Shown here: positions 21,435 through 30,497 of the stretch, one piece after another | How the letters are laid out: every line of letters begins with the position of its first letter | Numbering within the stretch: the stretch's first letter is position 1 | Origin: an uncultured delta proteobacterium | GTDB taxonomy: Bacteria; Desulfobacterota; Binatia; UBA9968 | Direction of reading: 5' to 3' | DNA: 64,000 bases | Assembly: GCA_963745835.1 (NCBI GenBank) | Contig: CAVUZH010000019.1 | Location: 384,001 to 448,000 of the forward strand | Notes under the pieces: model-generated | Databases searched by the model: none | What the model saw: only the letters and a program-made list of their open reading frames with translations | Told to the model about the DNA's origin: nothing | Made by a program: the position numbers and the translations under genes

Positions 21435-22459
21435 CAACGGCGAGTAAACAGCGAGGAATCAGCAGAACGACTCGACACGGGGTCAGCAAAATCCTGCTGA
21501 TTATCTTCTTTCTGATACCGCCTGCTCTCTTAGCAACTGTGACACAGGCGCAGCAACCCTTACATATGCCACGTATTGGTGCGTTACATTTAGGCACAAC
21601 CAAAGCGGCCGCCGCGCCATTTGAAGCCTTCCAACGCGGAATGAGGGAGCTGGGCTATGTAGAGGGTAAGAATATTACGATCGAGTACCGATATGGTGAC
21701 GGTAACGAGGAGAAGTACGCGTTTGTGGCAAGCGAGCTTGTTGCTCTTAAACCGGCGGTGATCGTCACATGGGGAACCGATGTGGCGGCGGTCGTAAAGA
21801 AAACGACCAGGACCATTCCGATAGTTTTCGCGTTGGCGGATCGGCCCGATATCTTAGGGCTCGTGGATAACCTTGCCCGTCCTTCGGGTAATCTGACCGG
21901 ACTCACGACGCTGAACTTTGAGCTCAGCACGAAACGATTGGAGTTGCTGAAAGAAACGATTCCGTCACTTAGTCGGGTCAGCGTATTGGCGATGTCCCAT
22001 CCGTTGGTCGCGATTACGTTTAAGGAAATTCAGGCAATGGCTCGTTCTTTGGGAATCCAGATTCAGCTAGATGAGATCAAAGGTGCGCCCGACATGGCCC
22101 GTATTTTCAAGCAACTTACCAACGATTCAGCAGGTGCGGTTTTGTTGTTGCCAGGCCGCGAAGTTGTCTTTGGTCCTTCGGCCGTAACAGTTGCCATTCA
22201 ACACCGCCTACCTACTATGGCTAGTCAGACTGTAATCGCTGATGCCGGTGGGCTCATGAGTTATGGGGCTCGCGTTAGCGACATGTCTAAACGTGCCGCA
22301 ACTTATGTCGATAAGATTCTTAAAGGAGCCAAGCCGGCTGATCTGCCGATCGAGCAGCCAACGAATTTTGATTTCGTCATCAATCTGAAAGCCGCCAAGC
22401 AGATCGGTTTGACCATTCCCCCGAACGTCTTAGCCCGAGCGAACAGAGTGATCCGATGA
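21431..22459 (+). CDS. ABC_sub_bind SBP (divergent)
   Basis: Intact ORF, TQAQQ site, motifs, tail. Confidence 0.94.
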   Translation: MTTASKQRGISRTTRHGVSKILLIIFFLIPPALLATVTQAQQPLHMPRIGALHLGTTKAAAAPFEAFQRGMRELGYVEGKNITIEYRYGDGNEEKYAFVASELVALKPAVIVTWGTDVAAVVKKTTRTIPIVFALADRPDILGLVDNLARPSGNLTGLTTLNFELSTKRLELLKETIPSLSRVSVLAMSHPLVAITFKEIQAMARSLGIQIQLDEIKGAPDMARIFKQLTNDSAGAVLLLPGREVVFGPSAVTVAIQHRLPTMASQTVIADAGGLMSYGARVSDMSKRAATYVDKILKGAKPADLPIEQPTNFDFVINLKAAKQIGLTIPPNVLARANRVIR

Positions 22460-22512
22460 GCGTGCGCAATCCAATCCAAAATCGAGAATCCAAATCGAAT
22501 GATTCCGCCAAA
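22421..22512 (+). repeat. 92-bp direct repeat, copy 1 (tail-spacer-tail junction)
   Basis: Identical by eye to 29342..29433. Confidence 0.9.
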
Positions 22513-22579
22513 CGTGCTAGCGCGAGCGGACAAGGTCATCCGCTAAAAATTCCGAGTTACACGTTTCTGATTTCGAGGT

Positions 22580-23386
22580 ATGAATCCAAAATATCTCTTG
22601 ATGGGTGCTTTGCTCTTTGCGCTTTATTCAACGGCCCAAGCGCAGCAGTCGGCGAAAACTCCCCGGATAGGATTTCTAAGTACTGGCTCGCCATCCAACG
22701 TACCGGCCCGCCTTCAGGCGTTCCGGTACGGTCTACGTGAACTCGGCTATGTTCACGGCAAGAATATTGTGATCGAGGAACGCTATGCAGACGGCGAAGT
22801 AGATCGGCTTACCGCACTTGCGCAAGAGCTTGTACATCTAGAAGTGGACGTGATTGTTACCTCTGGTCCATCGCCCACCCGTGCTGTCAAGAAAACAACC
22901 GCCGCAATTCCCATTGTTATGACATGGGACTATGACCCTGTTGACAATGGCTTGGTCGCCAGCCTTGCCCGGCCCGGCGGCAACGTTACGGGTATCCACA
23001 CTGGCACCGGAGATTAGTGGAAAGCAACTGGAGCTCTTGAAAGAAATCATCCCCAAGCTCTCGCGCATGGCCGTACTCGGGACCGCAAACGTTCCGGGCA
23101 ATGCAGAAGCGTTGACAGCGACCGAGGTGGCCGCAGAAGCGCTCAAGGTGCAGCTGCAATACTTAGAGACACAAAAGGCAACGATATCGCGACTGTATTC
23201 CAATCCGCGCGTAAGGGCGTGCCGACGCAATGCTCACGCTGGCGAGCCGCGTTCTTTTTTTTCACCGCACTCAGGTGGCAGATCTCGCCGTAAAGAACCG
23301 GCTCCCAGCGATATACGGCGAAAGCGAACATGTCGAAGCTGGCGGGCTTATGACGTATCGCGTGAGCATCGTCGACTTGTTCCGGT
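22580..23386 (+). pseudogene. SBP, frameshifted and interrupted at DLFR by a ~1.4 kb insert
   Basis: ORFs 22580..23017, 22932..23417, 23230..23580; homology stops after VSIVDLFR. Confidence 0.82.
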
Positions 23387-23628
23387 GGTATCGAGAGCCG
23401 CCTCGTCTTTCGTATAAAAGACGGCTCGATTCACGACGAGAGGGTATTCTTCACGCATTGGCAAGGTATTTACACTGCAGAACTACCGTCTGGGAGTTAA
23501 GATTCCCGCTCCTTTTCCGTGTCACTTCGTGGAGTAGTGCAGCACTCGGCGCCGACACGCGCAGCACCCATCAGCAATGAAACTGTTTTAAAAACTACTT
23601 TTTCTACAGGCTCGTTAGGCCGCTCTCC

Positions 23629-23664
23629 AAAAAAGAAGGGGCCGGCAAACCGACCCCTTCTTTA
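23629..23664 (-). terminator. Intrinsic terminator of secreted-protein gene
   Basis: Minus strand AAAGAAGGGGTCGG-TTTG-CCGGCCCCTTCTTTTTT, just downstream of the stop. Confidence 0.8.
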
Positions 23665-23691
23665 ATCGACCGAGTTTCAGGCCTCGATGCG

Positions 23692-24471
23692 CTACTTCGC
23701 GAAGCAGGCCGAGTCATCAATCTCGCCCGGCCAATCAACCGGTACCAACGTGGTGCAGTGATAGAAGCGTAGCTGGAGTAGCTTCAGTCCCTTGTTGTCA
23801 TAGCTCCAGAAGTAGTCCTGCAGGACGTCCGAGAACAACGGGATACGCTTGTAGAAGGCGCCATCGATCGTGACGTTGTAGAGATACAACAGGTTTGCCG
23901 TCACGTTCTCGAACTTCGCCGGGCGGCCGCTGGCATCGAGTGTCAGCTTGTTGGTGGTGCCGCACACTTCTGTAATGCCATCGTCGGCCAAGCCGCAAAG
24001 CATCATGACTGCCGTACCGCGCGGGTTACCCAGCGCGCGGACGAAGACGGAGTACACGCTGGTGCCGCTGCCGCAGACGTAGTAGTCGCCTAGGTCAGGA
24101 ATGCCATCGGGATCGACCGTCCCATCGGCGTTGTACAGTGTGCATTCGTCATTTACACCGGGCTGGTCATTGATCACGCCACTGTCGGCTGGGGGAAGCT
24201 GGAAGCTTGCTGAGCCATCCGTGCCGTTCCGGTCGAGCACTCCGAAATCCAAACCCTCGATCAGGTTGATCTTGGTCGTGCTCTCACAAGGAACGAAGAT
24301 CGTGTGGCCCTGCGTGCCGGTCATGTCGGCCTTCTTGCCCTTGGGCACGCAGATGATGTTCAAATTGTAGTGCGGCCCATTGGGAGCACCATTACCGGTT
24401 TGTCCGTACGTAGCGCTCGTGCCCAACCCAAGGGCGAGAACCAGCCCCATGCAAAAGATAGATCGGTTCAT
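23692..24471 (-). CDS. Secreted hypothetical protein (GNGAPNGPHYNLNII motif, Cys-containing)
   Basis: GAGGAG SD, signal peptide, 259 aa intact ORF. Confidence 0.85.
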   Translation of the reverse strand: MNRSIFCMGLVLALGLGTSATYGQTGNGAPNGPHYNLNIICVPKGKKADMTGTQGHTIFVPCESTTKINLIEGLDFGVLDRNGTDGSASFQLPPADSGVINDQPGVNDECTLYNADGTVDPDGIPDLGDYYVCGSGTSVYSVFVRALGNPRGTAVMMLCGLADDGITEVCGTTNKLTLDASGRPAKFENVTANLLYLYNVTIDGAFYKRIPLFSDVLQDYFWSYDNKGLKLLQLRFYHCTTLVPVDWPGEIDDSACFAK

Positions 24472-24639
24472 TTTTTCTCCTCTTTGTTTTGGATTCCGAT
24501 CACCCTGCTGAATTTAGTTCGTTGGCTGACATAAAGCGCACTCATTTGTAATTGTGAGTCACAAACCTCCTTTCTGTTGAGTACGCCCAAGAGCTCAAGG
24601 AAGGCAAAAGTCCACTGGCTGATCGTGAGCTACTTGGCG

Positions 24640-24655
24640 AGCAAAGCAAGTGCCT
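24640..24655 (-). promoter_or_regulatory. Putative sigma54 (-24/-12) promoter
   Basis: Minus strand AGGCACTTGCTTTGCT = GG-N10-GC, close to TGGCAC-N5-TTGC, ~170 bp upstream of ATG 24471. Confidence 0.55.
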
Positions 24656-24808
24656 TTATTTATTTTGCGCTAGAATCTCCGCATTGATGTACATTTACCT
24701 CTAAGTCCCACATGGACGACTTTTAAGGTGAGCAGAAAAATACTATTGTTGTGCTCGAACGTACAAAATCGGATCGGGGCGACCACTTTCACTTATTATA
24801 ATCGTCAT

Positions 24809-24996
24809 CGGGCGGCGATTTACGTGGAAGAATCCTGAATTTTCGATGCAGGACGAAGAGATAAATAGAAGATGTTGCATGCCGGTGGAGCAACCGACCA
24901 AATTTAAGTTAGTGATCAATCTTAAAACCGCAAAACAGATCGTCTTTGACGATCCCGTCGAATATATGGGCCCGTGCGGACAAGGTCATAAAGTGA
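24809..24996 (+). pseudogene. Decayed SBP 3' end resuming after insert
   Basis: RAAIYV..IL...[36 protein letters not shown]. Confidence 0.8.
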
Positions 24997-26114
24997 TTTT
25001 GGATTTTAGATTGCCGATTTTCGATTATGTGGGAAGACGCGTGAAAGTAATTTCTTTGGAGCGAGTTTCCGCTTCTTGTTCCGGAAATCGAAAATCGAAA
25101 GCCTGTACTGAGCTAAGTCGAAGTATCCAAAATTCGAAAATGGTTGGGGCTATCGGTAATCGCTTTCTCGCTCGTGGTGTTGGATGTGTGGCCGCGGCGC
25201 AGCAGCCAATGAAAATCCCGCGGATAGGATACCTAAGTGCTGCTTCACTTTCCGCTATTTCGGAGCGTGTGGAGGCGTTCCGGCAAGGGCTGCGTGAGCT
25301 TGGGTACGTCGAAGGAAAGAATATTGTGATTGAATGGCAATCCGCAGAGGGAAACCTAGATCGCCTCCCTGCACTCGCCGCCGAACTCGTGCGTCTCAAA
25401 GTAGACGTCATCGTTACCAGTGCTTCGACGCAAACTCCTGTTGCCAAGGCAGCAACTTCAACGATTCCCATTTTTATGGCGCAGGACGGTGATCCCGTTG
25501 CCGCCGGGTTCGTCGCCAGCCTGGCGCGGCCTGGCGGAAACATCACCGGGTTGTCAACCCTTTCTCCGGAGGTAAGCGGAAAACGACTTGAGCTTTTGAA
25601 GGAGATTATTCCTAAGCTTTCCCGCGTGGCTGTTTTCGGAAGTTCAAATAACCCGGGCAATACCCAATCGCTCAAGGAGATTGAAGTAGCTGCAGGAGCT
25701 TTCGAGCTGCAGCTTCAATTTCTAGACGTACTAGGTCCTGAGAATATTGAGACTGTATTCCAGGCGGCCAGCCATGGGCGTGCTGATGCGGTTCTCGTCC
25801 TAGCGGGTCCTGTGTTCTTTTCTCACCGAAGACGGGTCGTAGACGTCACGGTAAAGAGCCGGCTTCCGGCGACCTATCCCAGGCAAGAATTTGTGGAGGC
25901 CGGTGGACTTGTGACTTACAGCGTGAACATTACCGATTTGCACCGCCGCGCAGCAATTTATATCGACAGGATCCTGAAAGGCGCCAAGCCAGCGGATCTT
26001 CCCGTCGAGCAACCGAGCAAATTTGAGCTGATCATCAATTTGAAGGGCGCCAAGCAGATCGGCCTGACAATTCCGCCGCACGTGATAGCGCGGGCCGACA
26101 GAGTGATCAAATGA
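24993..26114 (+). CDS. ABC_sub_bind SBP (signal h-region shifted by compensating indels)
   Basis: GTG 24993 or 25041 in frame with ORF 24846..26114; WLGLSVIAFSLVVL lies in another frame. Confidence 0.85.
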   Translation: MILDFRLPIFDYVGRRVKVISLERVSASCSGNRKSKACTELSRSIQNSKMVGAIGNRFLARGVGCVAAAQQPMKIPRIGYLSAASLSAISERVEAFRQGLRELGYVEGKNIVIEWQSAEGNLDRLPALAAELVRLKVDVIVTSASTQTPVAKAATSTIPIFMAQDGDPVAAGFVASLARPGGNITGLSTLSPEVSGKRLELLKEIIPKLSRVAVFGSSNNPGNTQSLKEIEVAAGAFELQLQFLDVLGPENIETVFQAASHGRADAVLVLAGPVFFSHRRRVVDVTVKSRLPATYPRQEFVEAGGLVTYSVNITDLHRRAAIYIDRILKGAKPADLPVEQPSKFELIINLKGAKQIGLTIPPHVIARADRVIK

Positions 26115-27205
26115 TTTTTGGATTTGCGATTTTGGATTTTGGATTGCGGAGAAAAGCAGTCAGGGAAATAATCCGGTCCGAATCTCTTTCCGTGAACAAT
26201 CTAAAATCTAAAATCCAAAAACTAAAATGGCTGGGGATCGTCGCGATCGCTTTCACATCCGCCTTTGATGCGGCTGAAGCCTCGGCGCCGCAGCCAGGAA
26301 AAATCTTCCGCGTAGGTTTCCTCGAACCAAGCACTGCTTCTGGTATCGCGGTCCTCTTGGATGCGTTTCGGCAAGAGCTTAGCAAGCTTGGCTGGATTGA
26401 AGGAAAAAACATCATCATCGAGTATCGGTTTGCCGAGCAAAAATCTGAGCGCCTACCTGAGCTTGCGGCGGAGCTGGTTCGTCTAAAGGTTGATTTGATC
26501 GTGACCTCAGGCGGACTGACACCGTTAGCGGCGAAGAAAGCAACTAGTACCATCCCCATCGTGATGACGAACTCTGTGGACCCCGTGGGTGCAGGTTTGG
26601 TTGCCAGTCTGGCGCGGCCGGGCGGCAATATCACCGGGAACTCGGGTTTATCGCCCGAGCTAATTACCAAAATGCTAGAGATACTCAAGGACGTGATCCC
26701 CAAGCTCAACCGAGTTGGACTTCTGCGGTCGGCGGTCGGCGTAGCAACAGACCTCCAACTGAAAGAGCTCAGGCCTGCGGCTGTGGCACTGAAGCTAGAA
26801 TTGGAGGAGATCGAGGCTCAACCCGACGCCAAAGGCTTAGAGAGCGCGTTTAAAACCGCAAAGCAGAAGCAGGTCGGCGCGATCATGGTGAACCCCGGTC
26901 GCCGCTTTGCCGCCGAAAGAAAACGGATCGTCGAGCTTGCCAGCGAATATCGGTTGCCGGGTATTTACTTTTCTAAGGAGTATGTCGATGAGGGCGGTCT
27001 CATGTCCTACGGAGTGGATTTCGATGACCTGTTCCGGCGCGCGGCTGTTTACGTGGACAAGATCCTGAAAGGCGTCAAACCGGCTGATTTGCCGGTGCAG
27101 CAGGCGACCAAATTTGAATTCGTGATCAATTTAGAGGCCGCAAAACAGATTGGTTTGACGATTCCAAACAACCTGCTCGAACGTGCGAATAAAGTTATCA
27201 AATAG
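26111..27205 (+). CDS. ABC_sub_bind SBP
   Basis: ATGA-coupled, heptamer leader in frame, variant tail QQATKFEFVINL..LLERANKVIK. Confidence 0.93.
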   Translation: MIFGFAILDFGLRRKAVREIIRSESLSVNNLKSKIQKLKWLGIVAIAFTSAFDAAEASAPQPGKIFRVGFLEPSTASGIAVLLDAFRQELSKLGWIEGKNIIIEYRFAEQKSERLPELAAELVRLKVDLIVTSGGLTPLAAKKATSTIPIVMTNSVDPVGAGLVASLARPGGNITGNSGLSPELITKMLEILKDVIPKLNRVGLLRSAVGVATDLQLKELRPAAVALKLELEEIEAQPDAKGLESAFKTAKQKQVGAIMVNPGRRFAAERKRIVELASEYRLPGIYFSKEYVDEGGLMSYGVDFDDLFRRAAVYVDKILKGVKPADLPVQQATKFEFVINLEAAKQIGLTIPNNLLERANKVIK

Positions 27206-27278
27206 ACAGTCGGCGATCCCGCGAGAATCAGAGATCCCGCCGCACGTGCTGACGCGAGCAGACAAGGTGATCAGATGA
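27206..27278 (+). repeat. Orphan tail unit
   Basis: ..IPPHVLTRADKVIR* with ATGA start of next gene. Confidence 0.8.
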
Positions 27279-28348
27279 AAATCAGGAGTAATGGAGCGTT
27301 GGATTCCTGGAGTGTCGGGTCACTCCGGTTAAGAGCATCACTCCAGTATTCCAAACCTCACTTCACTCGATACCGATTGAGATCGTGCGTTACCGTTTGC
27401 GCTCTGCTAGTTGTGCTTGGCTCGTCGCCTGATGCACAGCCGGGTACGACGAAAACTCTTCGTCTCGGTATTCTTGAGCCGGGCGGGTCCACGAACGTGT
27501 GCAACGACGGCCTTCGACAAGGGCTGCGCGGGCTGGGGTACGTAGAAAAGGAGAATCTAGCGATAGAAGCGCGTTATGCTGAGTGGAAGCCGGACCGACT
27601 GAAGCGCTTTGCTAGCGAGTTGGCTCAACTCAAGCCTGACGCGATCTGGACTCATGGACCGATCTCCGTTCGTGCGCTCAAACCGGTTACCGCGACAATT
27701 CCGATCATTCTCGGTGTTTCCCGCAATCTGGTGGAACTGGGAATTGTTGCCAGTCTCGCGCGGCCAGGCGGCAACGTTACCGGGATGGACTTGCGTGATG
27801 ACGAGATACTAGGGAAACGGCTGGAACTATTTAAAGAAGCTCTGCCGAAGAGTTCCCGTGTGGCCGTTCTGGCGGATCCTAATGATACCGGTCACGCATC
27901 CATTCCAAAGAACATAGAACAGGAGGCTCATGCTCTTAGGGTTCAGCTGCAACGTGTTGAGACGAGCGGGCCGGAAGATTTCGACCGAGCGTTCGTCACC
28001 ATGCTGCGTGAGCAAGCTGACAGCCTGATCCTTCCAGAAAGCCCACTCTTTTCCCAAAACCGACACCGCATATTCAAGATTGCAATCGGCAAGCGACTTC
28101 CCACAGCCGCGGGAGGATCACATTTCGCCGAAGCAGGTAGTCTGATCTCGTATGGAGCGAACGTCTTCGATGTATGTCAACGTTCTGCTTTTTTTGTGGA
28201 CAAAATCTTCAAAGGCGCGAAACCGGTAGATCTTCCGATCGAACGGCCCACCAAGTTCAACCTTGTCATCAACCTCAAGACCGCAAAGCAGATCGGTGTT
28301 ACGATCCCGCCCAACGTGCTGGCGCGGGCGGACAGGGTGATCAAGTGA
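27275..28348 (+). CDS. ABC_sub_bind SBP (octamer-repeat leader)
   Basis: Intact ORF, motifs, tail. Confidence 0.94.
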   Translation: MKIRSNGALDSWSVGSLRLRASLQYSKPHFTRYRLRSCVTVCALLVVLGSSPDAQPGTTKTLRLGILEPGGSTNVCNDGLRQGLRGLGYVEKENLAIEARYAEWKPDRLKRFASELAQLKPDAIWTHGPISVRALKPVTATIPIILGVSRNLVELGIVASLARPGGNVTGMDLRDDEILGKRLELFKEALPKSSRVAVLADPNDTGHASIPKNIEQEAHALRVQLQRVETSGPEDFDRAFVTMLREQADSLILPESPLFSQNRHRIFKIAIGKRLPTAAGGSHFAEAGSLISYGANVFDVCQRSAFFVDKIFKGAKPVDLPIERPTKFNLVINLKTAKQIGVTIPPNVLARADRVIK

Positions 28349-28384
28349 CCCTTCTTCGATCGTGTTCGCAACGGTGAATGCGTC

Positions 28385-29380
28385 ATGCTTAAAGGCCCGA
28401 TTTGGCTATTCGTACTTATCATTCTCGGCTGCGCTAGTGTTATCGAAGCGCAGGAACAGAAAAAGATAGGGATTTTGTCCGGCGGCTTTGCTGAATCAGC
28501 ATCCGCTAGTACGGAAGCTCGCCAACCGAGAACCAACGTCCCCAACCTTCGCCAACACCTGCAAGAGCTTGGATGGACCGAACGCCGAAACGTACGATTT
28601 GAGGAAAGGTACGCAAAAGGTCAACTGCGGCAGCTTCCCGAATTTGCGCGCCAGCTTGTTAACAACAAAATGGATGTAATTGTCGCCCATGCTCCGGCTG
28701 CTGTTCGTGCCGCAAAAGACGCAACGACATCCATTCCCATCGTCATGGCTCATGGCGGCGACCCCATCGCTCAGGGCTTTGTTGCCAGTCTTGCGCGACC
28801 CGGAGGCAATGTGACAGGAGTCGCCAATCTTTCTGCTGAGCTGAGTGGCAAACGACTCGAACTCCTCAAAGACGTGTTGCCTAAGCTCTCCCGTGTCGCT
28901 GTGCTATGGAATCCGGACGCGCCTGGACCAACCCTTGGGTTTAGGGAGTTGGAATCCGCAGCCAAGCTTGTCGATGTGCCTCTCGAATCTTTGCGCGTGC
29001 ACGGTCCGAAAGAGTTCGAGACAGCTTTCAAAATAGCCAAAGAACGGGCGAGCGGCTTGATCGTGATTCAAGATGTTATGACGGTTAGCCATATCAAAGA
29101 TATTGTGAAATTAGCGGCTCACCATCGGATAGCGGCCATTTACACGGAAAGCGAATGGACCGAAGCTGGCGGGCTGATGTCCTATGGGCCAAGCTTTTTT
29201 GACTTGGAGCGGCGCGCCGCAGTCTATGTGGATAAAATCCTCAAAGGCGCAAAGCCCGGCGATCTTCCTGTCGAGCAGCCAACAAAATTCGAGCTGGCGA
29301 TCAATTTAAAGACCGCGACACAGATCGGCCTGACCATTCCGCCGAACGTCTTAGCCCGAGCGAACAGAGTGATCCGATGA
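28385..29380 (+). CDS. ABC_sub_bind SBP
   Basis: IEAQ site, motifs, tail. Confidence 0.95.
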   Translation: MLKGPIWLFVLIILGCASVIEAQEQKKIGILSGGFAESASASTEARQPRTNVPNLRQHLQELGWTERRNVRFEERYAKGQLRQLPEFARQLVNNKMDVIVAHAPAAVRAAKDATTSIPIVMAHGGDPIAQGFVASLARPGGNVTGVANLSAELSGKRLELLKDVLPKLSRVAVLWNPDAPGPTLGFRELESAAKLVDVPLESLRVHGPKEFETAFKIAKERASGLIVIQDVMTVSHIKDIVKLAAHHRIAAIYTESEWTEAGGLMSYGPSFFDLERRAAVYVDKILKGAKPGDLPVEQPTKFELAINLKTATQIGLTIPPNVLARANRVIR

Positions 29381-29433
29381 GCGTGCGCAATCCAATCCAA
29401 AATCGAGAATCCAAATCGAATGATTCCGCCAAA
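29342..29433 (+). repeat. 92-bp direct repeat, copy 2
   Basis: Identical by eye to 22421..22512. Confidence 0.9.
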
Positions 29434-29515
29434 TGTGCTGGCGCGGGCAGACAAAAGTAATGAAGTGAAAGCGTGGCAGAAGGTGAGAGAGTTCGCTTCT
29501 GTGGGGGAAATTGCA

Positions 29516-30490
29516 ATGATGAACCCGATTTCGACACTGTTTTCGGCTGCCCTGATTCTTATCTCACTGCACGTGGCGGAAGCGCAGACACAAGCAACGA
29601 CTTCACGGATCGGTGTTTTATATCTCGGTGCGCCCAACGTAAATGTCGATGTATTCATTCACGGGCTGTGGGAATTGGGTCATATTGAAGGGAAGAACAT
29701 TACTATCGAGTACCGCTTCGCGCAGGGAAAGGAAGATCGTCTTCCTGACCTTGCGACAGAACTAGTCGGACTGAAAGTGGACGCGATCTTCACCGCAGGG
29801 ACACCGGCAATTTTCGCCCTCAAGCGAGCGACTAAGACAATCCCCATTATTTTCTTCGGCACTAGCGATCCGGTTGGCACCGGTGCTGTCGCGAGTCTGG
29901 CCCACCCCGGTGGCAACATCACGGGCATAACTACGCAAGCCTCCGACCTATGGCCCAAGCGGTTAGAGCTGCTTAAGGAAATCTTTCCTAAGCTCTCAAG
30001 GGTCGCCATGCTTTGGAACAAGGGCAATGCCGGTATGGCGCTCGAAGCAAAAGCGACTCAAGAAGTGGCAGAACCGTTGGCTCTTACGGTACAAGATCGC
30101 GGCGTGAAAGACCCTAACGAGCTCGATACAGTATTTGCGGTGATGACGAAGGATCGACCAGATGGATTTCTAGCGTTAATGGATCCTGTCCTTAATTCTT
30201 ACCGGAAGCGGATTATAGATTTTCTCGCACAAAATCGACTGCCGGCGATGTTCGAAAACAGTGATTGGGTCGAAGCTGGCGGGCTTATATCGTACGGCCC
30301 CAGTTTTCCTGCGGCTTTCCGTCGCGCCGCCGTTCTAATGGACAAAGTCCTCAAGGGAACGACACCAACTAAAATACCGGTGGAACAGGCGAGGAATTTT
30401 GAGCTAGTGATCAATCTGAAAACCGCCAAGCAGATCGGTCTAACGATTCCACCCCATGTGCTGGCGCGGGCGGACCGGGTGATTCGGTAA
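29516..30490 (+). CDS. ABC_sub_bind SBP
   Basis: Likely ATG 29516 after GGGGG; ORF 29420..30490 begins in an orphan tail. Confidence 0.92.
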   Translation: MMNPISTLFSAALILISLHVAEAQTQATTSRIGVLYLGAPNVNVDVFIHGLWELGHIEGKNITIEYRFAQGKEDRLPDLATELVGLKVDAIFTAGTPAIFALKRATKTIPIIFFGTSDPVGTGAVASLAHPGGNITGITTQASDLWPKRLELLKEIFPKLSRVAMLWNKGNAGMALEAKATQEVAEPLALTVQDRGVKDPNELDTVFAVMTKDRPDGFLALMDPVLNSYRKRIIDFLAQNRLPAMFENSDWVEAGGLISYGPSFPAAFRRAAVLMDKVLKGTTPTKIPVEQARNFELVINLKTAKQIGLTIPPHVLARADRVIR

Positions 30491-30497
30491 AGAAACT

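Noticed and set aside
24846-24992. N-terminal extension of ORF 24846..26114 as real protein
   Set aside because: It is read-through of the previous decayed tail; the same applies to the start of ORF 29420..30490
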